From Lama glama (Eukaryota): a stretch of DNA of 64,000 bases. Each line of letters starts with the position of its first letter. The first letter of the stretch is position 1. This document shows, piece by piece, positions 54,958 through 64,000 of this stretch. Under the pieces are notes generated by a model, which was not told where the DNA came from, searched no databases, and worked only from the letters and a program-made list of their open reading frames with translations. Both the position numbers and the translations under genes were made by a program. The DNA lies in the NCBI GenBank assembly GCA_028534125.1, contig CM052817.1, positions 76,324,001-76,388,000 on the forward strand, given 5' to 3'.

Positions 54958-55170
54958 TATCCTCAATTAAACTACGGCAAACCAAATTCAGCAACATACT
55001 AAAAGCATTACATAACATTACCAAGTGGGACTTATGTCAGGAATTCAAGGGTGTCTCAACATAAAAAGATCAGTCAATGTAATGCACCAAGTAATAGAAC
55101 AAAGTAAGATAATAACTGTAGCTCATTGCAACTGATGCAGAAAAAGCATTTGACAAAATACAACACCTTT
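54958..55170 (+). mobile_element. L1 ORF2 RT fragment
   Basis: ggcaaaccaaattcagcaacatactaaaag...gatgcagaaaaagcatttgacaaaatacaacacc (DAEKAFDKIQH). Confidence 0.85.
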
Positions 55171-55171
55171 T

Positions 55172-55345
55172 GAACTCTCTGGTGTCTCTTCTTATAAGGA
55201 CACTAACCCTATTGGATTAGAGTCACACCCTAATGACATCATTTACCTTTAATTATTCCCTGATAGGTCCTGTCTCCAAATATAGTCACATTGTGAGTAA
55301 GGGCTTAAATATGTGAATTGAGGGATAAAGAATTCAGTACACAGG
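55172..55345 (-). mobile_element. MLT1A/MST-like MaLR LTR fragment
   Basis: ctctctggtgtctcttcttataaggacactaaccctattggattag...caccctaatgacatcattta...tctccaaatatagtcacatt. Confidence 0.8.
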
Positions 55346-56539
55346 AATTAGATACATTTTCCTAAGTAAAAATCCTTTGAAAACTAAGTTTCAGTATAGC
55401 ATAATTGAATCTATATTAAACAGTTCCAGGGTTCAAAGAGAGAAAATATACATATTATTTCCAAATTTATACAATTTGGAATTATATTAAATCTCCATAT
55501 AAGATCAGTGTTTAAAATTTTGCTATAAATAAAGGCATAGTATTTAAAAATTATTTTAAACACTGAAAAATAAAGAATGAGAAAAAGCTGCTGATGGAGA
55601 AGATGTCTACCCATTGATGGACCATTAGCAATTCCATCTTATGCTCCACAATAAAACATGCTGTGTAGAACTGATTGCATTTGAAGTTATTGGTACATTT
55701 GAATGCAAACTACCCAACCATAAAAAATGAGGCTTCCATTTGCTATAAAAATAAATTAGGAGGCAATGCTTTGCTGGCAAAGTCATTTGAGCACCTCAGT
55801 TCATAACTATTCATGGTACCATTAACAGATGTCTTTGCTCGCCCTGTGAGCTGCCTTATGATATTGTTGTATTCAGCATTACTTTATAGCTAAAGCAAAT
55901 GTAGGCAACTTGTTTTAGGATATAATAAAACCTATCCTGATGTAGAGATCCTGAGGGAAATTATACAATAATGTTACCTACATAACTAATTTTCTTCTTA
56001 TGAAATCATGATTCCCACTACACTTTTAGAGCTATCAAAAATATTGTTTAACATCACCATTTCCATGTTAATATCTCAGTAAATCACAAAAATGTAATAC
56101 TTTGTGCAGAAAGTGAGCCATTTCCTTTGGGAACATAAGTTTTCACTTCTAAATTAAAAGTTACATGAAGCGAATACTAAGCATGTTATATGTTGCTTAT
56201 TGACATTAAAAATACTTTTTTTTTCTCACAAGAATCACTATTCCCAAGTTAAGGCATGCTGCTAGTGACTAACTGGTACATTGGAAGTAAGATACATCAT
56301 TCAAGAAAAAAATTAAAGATGAATGTTGCCTTTGCTGATCATCTATGGGTATGAAATTTCTAGGAAATACTTTAGGATTCCTAAGTACTACTGTCTTCAA
56401 AGGAGCTGTTGTGAATGTGCGTACACACTCACATACACACACCACATACACACACTGATGTGCCTGTGGAAGAAGTAAATGTGGCACAAAGTGCAACTAG
56501 GTAGCACTAGTAAAAACCAGCAGCAACAAGAACATTTTC

Positions 56540-56730
56540 AAAAACTTTATTTCAAATCTGAAGTTCAAGCCTTGTGCCATTTTAGGTAATTTATTTAATC
56601 CTGGGTCTCTAATTCCTCATCTGTAGAAGGAGGATAATAATACTCCATGTGAAAATTAAAAATGAAGTAAGAACTATGAAAATATCCAATCAATGGGCGA
56701 GATGTACCACGTGCTTGAAAGTTGCTGTCT
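56540..56730 (+). mobile_element. MIR SINE
   Basis: ttaggtaatttatttaatcctgggtctctaattcctcatctgtagaaggaggataataatac. Confidence 0.65.
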
Positions 56731-57609
56731 ATATTTTATGATCTTTGAGTTAATTCTTTGTCTTTACATCTGTCTCTTAGGACATACAAAATTATGCACA
56801 CATTAAAATGAAAGCTACCAAAAGGCTCATAAAATTTTCTTTCCTGTGACGATAGATCTCAATCGCTATTTTAGAAAGTAGTTGGCAGTTATTATTCAGG
56901 ATTAAGGACTTCTAAACAATAATCTCAGAAGAAGAAATTATGGCAAAAACAAAACCACTAAAGGTTAGGTAAATTTATACATAGGACACAACCATTCCAT
57001 GTGCCTTTCCCATTATTTTGGTAAGATATTAGAGCTTCTTATGCAAAAGCTGGTAACTTGTACTAAATGCTACCATCTGCCTGTCACTATTTATTCACTA
57101 AATAATCTTAAATAGTTTGAGTCTTTCTCTCTTATAGATATGCCACTTAACATTGTAGCTTGGTTTGGAATTTGGCGATCCTAAAGGTTTTGTAATAGAG
57201 GTGTATAGAATGAAAGCATGCATAGTTGCTTTCCTTGTATGTACCATGCACATCAATATACTCCTACTTGCTTACACAGAAGTGTCAAAACTAAGCATCA
57301 TTAGTAGGGAGCGCATAATAGAGCTGGTGTGACAAGACAAGGGACTGTATGGTGAAACAGTGACTTAAAATATGAAATAGCATATATTGCCTGCATAATA
57401 GAGATCATGAGGACAGAAAATGTGTAAATGTGAAAAATAGGTTTTGATGGGTAAAATAAAACATGCCTCAAAAGAAGATGCAAAAGCAATGGGTAATTTA
57501 GGTGAAATAGCTTTTACAGTAAGTTTTAATTAAAATTTAATAAAATCGCATGTATATATATTTTTCTGCATAGTTGAAATATTTCTTTCCTTTATAATTT
57601 TATGCTCAT

Positions 57610-58375
57610 TAACTCTGGCAAAATATACATCACAAAATGTACTTTTAAAATCATTTTTGGTGTACTATTCAATGATATTAGTTATATTCTCTTTGTTAGG
57701 CAACCATCTCTGGAACTTTTTTCATCTTGCTAAACTGAACTAATAAACCATTAAATAATAACTCCTTAGTCCCTGTCCCCCATCAGGCACTGGCAACCAT
57801 CATTCTACTTTCTAGCTCTATGAATATGATTACTCTAGGTACTTTATATAGGAGGAATCATAAAATATATGTTCTTTTGTGACTAACTTATTTCAGTTAG
57901 CATAATGTCTTCAAGGTTCATCTATGTTCTAGCATGTGTCAGATTTTCCTTCCTTTTTAAAACTGAACAATAATCCACTATATTTATATACTGCATTTTT
58001 GTTTATCCATTTATCCATCAATCAGCATTTAAGTAGCTTCCACCTTTTGGCTATCATGAATAATACTGCTTATGAACATGGGTGCACAAACATCTGTTTG
58101 AGTTACTTCTTTCAATTAATTGGGTATAGGCCCAGAAAGAAAATCACTGGATCATATGGTAATTCTATTTTCAACTTTTAAAGGAAACATTGTGTTGATT
58201 TTCATAGCAGCTGCACCATGTAGAATTCCCACCAGCAATGTACAAGGGTTCCAGTTTCTCCACATTCTTGCAAACATTTGTTGCTTTCTACTTTTTCTGA
58301 TAACAGCTATCCTAATAGATGTGAAGTGACATCTCACCTTTTCAGGTGCTTATTGCCTATTTGTATGTCTTCCAT
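57610..58375 (-). mobile_element. L1MB-like 3' region (antisense)
   Basis: ORF 58152-58337 MRCHFTSIRIAVIRK...WNPCTLLVGI; ctggcaaccatcattctactttct. Confidence 0.85.
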
Positions 58376-58749
58376 ATTCATGCAGTTCTCAAATAGCTAA
58401 TGTAAATATGTGCCATTTATTTTATGTCAAATATACCTCAAGAAATCTTTATTATTTGCAAAAAAAAACCTTGAAAAGAGCTCAAGTTTCTATAGGTAGA
58501 ATTGCTAAGTTTCAGAGAATGCTATTTTCTCAATCTATATAATCTAAAGAAAAGATACAAAAATGCTGTATCTCAATTTAATGTGATTAGTGTAGTTAAA
58601 AAATAAAACTTGACAAAGATGGTGTCCCAAAACTTCCAATTATTTAATAATACAAATTAAAGGAAAAACTAGAAATATCAGAAATCAAATCCAGAGTCAT
58701 ATAAAAGTGATAATCAGATCATTCAGTATATGTATTTATATTTAATATT

Positions 58750-58890
58750 TTTAAAAACTTTATACAATTTTTAATGTTTATATTCCATTTTCAGTTATTA
58801 CAAACTACTGGCTATATTCTCTATGCTATACAATACATCCCTGAGCCTGTCTTACACCCAGTAATTTGTACCTCCCACTCCCCGACTCCT
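58750..58890 (-). mobile_element. Short L1 3' end (antisense)
   Basis: tattccattttcagttattacaaactactggctatattctctatgctatacaatacatcc...tttgtacctcccactcccc. Confidence 0.65.
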
Positions 58891-59439
58891 GTGTGTTTTT
58901 GAATGCCTGAATATACTGGATCTTGTCTGAGATATTGGAGTAAAAAACTTCGTTAAAACAAAGTCTTTTCCTCATTGAGCTTTATGAAATTTATATTCTA
59001 GTAGCATTAAATATAAAATTATATAAATATATACAGAAAATATAAAAATTATATGTATGTATAAAATATATATGTATATAACCATTTGCTTTTTTACATT
59101 GGGATATGTACAAATAAATATATTTATTTACTTATTCTAATTTAAAATATATTGAAAGGCAGTTGATAGAAGTCAAGCTTTATTCCTAATCTATACTTTT
59201 TCAGAAAAAGGAACAGGATGCCATACCCTTAATTTTAAAGCAAGTTAACAATAAGTTTGTGGTTAGGCAATAAAATAATAGTAAAAATTCAGGGATACGA
59301 TATGATGGATAACAAACATAAAGACTACCCTTTGAAATATTTCTGGACAGTGAAATATTTTTAACTGGAAACTACACACTTTGGTATTTCCTTTAGGATA
59401 TAATTAAAGATTTTCTGGAAAAAAGCAGAGCTTCTTTAA

Positions 59440-59680
59440 ACAATAAAATACAAATATATATATTATATATTATATAATTATATATATATATAATTAAAAA
59501 TAGAATACAGGCTTTCAAAAATTAAACAATAAAGAAAGCTATAAAGAATAAAGTAAAAGTCAAATAAAATCCTACTACACATAGATATCTCCTTTATCAT
59601 ATGTATTAACCTAGAATAATAGCAGGGAAAATACATTAAAATATATATACATATATATATATACACACATATATACACTT
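59440..59680. repeat. AT-rich low-complexity / (TA)n tracts
   Basis: Directly visible tatatatattatatat runs. Confidence 0.7.
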
Positions 59681-59699
59681 TAGCATTTCTCTGTATATC

Positions 59700-60200
59700 A
59701 ATAGAGAGCTAAACATACACATATTTATAGTTTTATTATATCATTGTAATATTATTATATCCTTGTTCTTCAAAGTTCAGACAATATATAAATATACTTT
59801 CTGACTTTGTATGTCAATGCATATACATAATAAATTAACCCTCTTAAACATAAAGTGGAAACAATACATTTATTTTTGTGTGCTATGATGTCTTTTAACC
59901 TATTTTGTCTCATAATTCCTTCTGTATCAGTATCTATCAATTTTATTTTTAAATAGTTATACAATTTTCCATAATATCAGATTACTAAAATTTACTTAGC
60001 CACTTTTTTAGGTACAGAAAATTAGATTGTTTTAAACTTCTCAGAGGATGCTCTAGTGACCATACAAATATTTGCAATGACATTTATCTTTTTTGGCAAG
60101 TTGTTTTTAAAATATATACAAACCTCCATCAAATACCAAAAGTTTTTTAGGATTCTCATTGTTTTAAAATTTTGTCATTGTATATCAAGGTATTTTTGGC
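59700..60200 (-). mobile_element. Very old L1ME-like 3' end (antisense)
   Basis: ttttaaatagttatacaattttccata...atttacttagccac...ttagattgtttt...gatgctctagtgaccat. Confidence 0.45.
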
Positions 60201-60219
60201 TTGTTTTTCACCCTTGTCA

Positions 60220-60840
60220 TTATTCCACAGAACCCCCCTCAAACTGAATTTCTTCAACTTTGGGATATCATCCTCTAGCATTTTTCTTAGGATGTTCTCC
60301 CCTCAGTACTTTTTGGACATCTCTAGGTAACGCACAATGAGGAATGGACCATTTCCCCCAGGCCCACAAGCACGTGGGGAGAATTTTTACCTTTTCCTCC
60401 TTGCAATGTTTCCTGGGGTTATTACAGATAAATGGGGAGTGTTCATAGTTTTAAGGCCTGGTTATCCAAAGTGTCTATTTTGCATCCCTGTTTAAGCCTC
60501 GCATGTGGTCTGTGCAGACCTGCGAACTGACTCTGAAGAGCTGCGCAACCAGGACTGCTCCAGTTGCACGGGGCCAGTTACATAAAACAGCTTCCAAGTT
60601 TCCACGGGGTGTACTTACATAAGGTTTTAATAAAGATGAAGGCAAAACATGAGGAAGAAAATGCAGGTATTCCTAGGGAGGTCTGAAAGGGTCCTCGCTC
60701 AGAGTATACTTTGTATTTGGATCTTCCATGTGTGTGTTTGGTAGACGAGAACAATCGGACGTCTCCCATAGGTTTATTTCTTGTGTTTCTGCTGTCAAGA
60801 TCCTTGAACTTCTTTTGCTTATACCTTTCTTCCTTAGCAT
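60220..60840 (-). pseudogene. Foamy-virus Bel2/Bet-like reading frame (endogenous viral element; in-frame stops, no frameshift)
   Basis: Manual translation: ...EDPNTKYTLSEDPFRPP*EYLHFLPHVLPSSLLKPYVSTPRGNLEAVLCNWPRATGAVLVAQLFRVSSQVCTDHMRGLNRDAK*TLWITRP*NYEHSPFICNNPRKHCKEEKVKILPTCLWAWGKWSIPHCALPRDVQKVL... Motifs are colinear with feline foamy virus Bet as recalled (LPPVILSPYV..GNL..HPEAEGAAWVA..LFKV..RMRML..RPLSY..CKEPK..LWA..HFLPTD). Confidence 0.65.
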
Positions 60841-61274
60841 GCGGTCTGACTGTCTGTTGCATGTGTTTTGTCCAGTTTTCTAAAGCTGTGATATTTTTCA
60901 TGTGGCTTGTCATACTTTCCCTCCCTTCTGAAATAATATCCCTCCTGAGGGACCAGTATGTGATAATAAGTTGTTTTCCTCAGTATGTCGCTCTTAAGTA
61001 AAGAAAAACTCCCTCATTCGCCATAGGAGTACGAGACCTGGGACAGTTACACTCAAGGTTCTTTAAGGGCACTTTGGCCTCTGTTGATTTATCCATCAAG
61101 CATGTTGCTAATGAATTATTCTTGCTCAGTTACAATTAGGGTATATATTTTGGACATCCAAGTTTTGAGTTTCCCTGGATGACAGTATATGAGTTATAGT
61201 CATCCCCCACTATAAAGCAGTATGGCTGTGCTTGAAAGTTTTCTATAGCTGCCCTCGGGGAACATTGGGACCAT
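60578..61274 (-). pseudogene. Foamy-virus Tas/Bel1-like reading frame (disrupted), overlapping the Bel2-like frame
   Basis: ATG at 61274 MVPMFPEG...; HPGKLKTW at 61181-61158 (cf. recalled FFV Tas HTSKLVVW). ORF 60578-60913 has a basic stretch (ERYKQKKFK) and ends TLCKYTPWKLGSCFM*, overlapping the Bel2-like frame with the same +1 offset as tas/bel2. Confidence 0.45.
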
Positions 61275-61334
61275 TATTGGTAGGTATATAAGCCCACCAA
61301 GTCACCCCTAAATTGACATGAATTGCAGTTTGTC

Positions 61335-62480
61335 ATATTTTCTTTAGTTAATTATTGTCCTTGATCCACAAACACTGTAGCTTTTACTTATTCAATTTAT
61401 AGAAGGTGTTTGCTCTTAAATTTTCAAGTCAGTCCTCATTATAAAATCAAAAAGCTTATCAGATTTACTTTCTATCATATATGGTCCGACTTAAGATTTC
61501 AAATTAAATATGTATATATATATATATCCCATAGGAAATGCACATTTCTGAATGAAGCAAAAGCTGGGTGTGAGATAAGTTCTTTTTCTCACACAGTATT
61601 TAAAATGTTAATTGTTAATTCAGTATCTTGGAGTTAATAACATTTACCTTTATATTGGCTCTGTTCAGAGGAGAATTCAATTTTTATTAACCAGTCTTTG
61701 TTTATGCATATAAAGATATTCCCAAATTAAAGTTTAAAGCATGAAGAACAATAAAGTCCATTCTGATGCCACATCTCTGTAGTATCCTTTCCTTTAAAGC
61801 TTCTTACCTATCATTCTCAGATAACACTGTATCACCTTGAATAAATCTGTCCAATATTTTTAAAAATCATCTTTTATTTGTAGTCTTGGCCAGTTTTTAA
61901 TACCATAACCTCACCAGTAAAGTCATTTTGATGACTGCAATTCTAGGCATAAATAATCCAGCAAGATTTGTTGGAAACATCAGTAGATCCATCAGTATAG
62001 AAGGCATATCTTTTACCCGCTGCAATTGTTGCCACCATTGCTGAAAAAATATATCCTGCAAGATCCTATTTGGCCCACAATAGTGTCATGACACCAATAT
62101 TTCAGATTATTCTTTTGTTTTTGTCACAATTCCCAATTTCTGAATCAGTATGTCTCTTTCATAACAAGCTAGGAAATAATACATATACTTGAGTTACTTT
62201 CCCCAAAAGAAATGTCTCAAATAATGTATAGTCTCAGAGGGAAATATTAAATTCCTGGTAACCATGTGCATTGACTTAAGTATAGTTTTATTCCTGTCAA
62301 AGTAATAAACAAGTGTCTTTTACAGGTTGTTCTTGGGGCTATTAGTCTACAATTTATGACAACATGTAGAATAGATCAGAATGCACTAATTAAATCTGGG
62401 ACAAAGAGTCTCACATTTATCATAAAAAAGCCAATCTTGTATAAAGTAACAAGATAAATAAGTCTATCAAAATTGGTATT
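61335..62480 (-). mobile_element. Decayed hAT (Charlie/Buster-type) transposase
   Basis: Across frameshifts: BED-finger-like region ~62460-62280; HDTIVG..DLAG; catalytic DGSTDVSN (61993-61970, cf. DESTD); KTTN..FLKILDRFI; ILCEKKNLSHTQLLLHSE (61599-61546, cf. LCEEMG.EH..LLLHTEVRW); NTFYKLNK. Confidence 0.8.
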
Positions 62481-64000
62481 TACAGTGGAAATATCATCAG
62501 ATCCTAAAATAGACAATTACCACCAGAATCACAACATATCTGGTCCATCCCTTCTTTATAAATTCATTTAATGATTGGAAAATTTATTCTAGTGACAATA
62601 AAATTGTTAAGTGCAGAGATTATTTGTCTGGGACTTCTTATTGAGCATTCCTGGTATTTTTTGAAACATTTTTAAGGATTTTTTTTGCCATTTTTATGGT
62701 AATTTTTCAAAGTAGAAAACAGAAGGCAAATTTAAAAACAAAACAAAAATCTTCCCCAAACTAAAGGCATTCTAACTTGCATCATTACTTGAGTTCCTTT
62801 TTTTGTAAATACTGTAACCACTGTGAAATAACAGCATTTGTATATGATCAGTCACAGTATTAGATATTTCATCTCTAGATGAAAGTTTACATATTATATT
62901 TAGTAAAATTTGATTGTTAATATCCATTGAATGTAAAAGCCTAGAAACTTTGTGTTTAGCATTTGAAAATTTTGTTCATTTAACAAGTACGACAATGTTC
63001 TATGTTGATACATAGCTTTGACAGGTATACATTTCAATCTAGAAAAATATAAAGCATGAGGAAATTATGTAACAGATATACCAAATTATTTTTGTTTTTA
63101 AAAAGAACATACTAATTTTCAAAAATTAAAATACAAATGGTTTTACATTGTTTATAATCTATAATGGTTATGTTTTATTGTTTCTTTAAAATTAAAATGA
63201 TGCCTATATTAGTTAAGGTATATGCTTGAAATACTGTATGTTATATGACTACATGTACACATGACAGTCTCAAAGTTTGATAAATTGTTCCACTGGACTT
63301 GGGTAACCTAGGATTTGTCTCTAAAATATTATTATGATTTTTGATATAAATAATATTGAAAATTCTTTGTGACAAGGAATGGATGTTTCAGAAGATAACA
63401 TTTTCTCTTAAATACATTACTGAATCCTGATTACTTTATTAGAGTATTGCTAGAATACTGAATCTTTCCCTTCCCTTACAAAAAGTTGCTCTTTTACATT
63501 TATTGACTTTTGTCATTACTAATATTATCATTTGCTACTTACAGTGCTAAGTAAGAGCTCTTTAAATTTTTTTAAGAACGACATGAAGTTATTCAAGATG
63601 ATTGCAAAGTTTTTAAAAATTGTAAGTAAAGAAGCTCTTAATATTCATTTATAATTTTACTCTACGCCTTTTCTTTTTTTTTAAGGTATAGCTGGCTTCA
63701 GTAAAGGTATAACTGGTGCTGTTTAGCACTTTGAGCATTACTGGAGGTTTTGAAATTAAGCAAGCTGATTTATTTTCCCCATTTTGGGCTGGCTGAGAGC
63801 AATGATGTGGAAATGATATTCCTGGCCTAATCTAAAGCTGCTGTAAACAGTTGTTATGTATCACCTTGTCAGAGTTTCCTTCAGCAGGTATGTGATTCAG
63901 AGCTTGTAGCATGAATGTTCATTATGTATACATAAAAACACAAAGTGTGAAAAAAAGACTATCGAGATCATTGGAAACTTAAAAAATATTCTGACTACTT

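Noticed and set aside
61970..62010. YAFYTDGS resembling the retroviral/foamy RNase H motif FYTDGS, tempting next to the foamy-like block
   Set aside because: The surrounding motifs (DxSTDVSN, KTT, LCE..H..LLLHSE, upstream BED-like region) fit a hAT/Charlie transposase much better, and no RT or integrase motifs are present.
61620..62100. LNSPL (Mononegavirales L-like) and HYCGPN (parvoviral PLA2-like) short motifs
   Set aside because: These are isolated chance matches inside the Charlie transposase with no supporting downstream motifs.
1..64000. Prokaryotic systems (CRISPR arrays, operons, defence systems)
   Set aside because: The sequence is mammalian repeat-rich DNA with no repeat-spacer arrays or dense coding.

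Overview
AT-rich, repeat-dense mammalian genomic DNA with no host exon I can support (intergenic or deep intronic). It is probably a camelid: a Vic-1-like tRNA-derived SINE lies at ~43.2 kb, and the young L1 3' UTRs look artiodactyl-like (organism is my inference). Most of the window is transposable elements: L1s of several ages (one with a full CpG-rich 5' UTR, ORF1 and endonuclease but almost no rest of ORF2), L2, MIR, MaLR/ERVL and ERV1 LTRs including two MER41-like LTRs, and hAT DNA transposons. The standout is a ~1.1 kb CpG-retaining segment on the minus strand (~60220-61330). My manual translation gives overlapping frames resembling foamy virus (spumaretrovirus) Tas/Bel1 and Bel2/Bet, closest to feline foamy virus Bet as I recall it. 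It sits between a decayed hAT/Charlie transposase and an old L1 3' end, with no visible LTR, gag, pol or env. I call it a candidate endogenous foamy-virus accessory-gene fossil. All family names come from memory and manual translation, not database searches; element boundaries are approximate unless a TSD is given.
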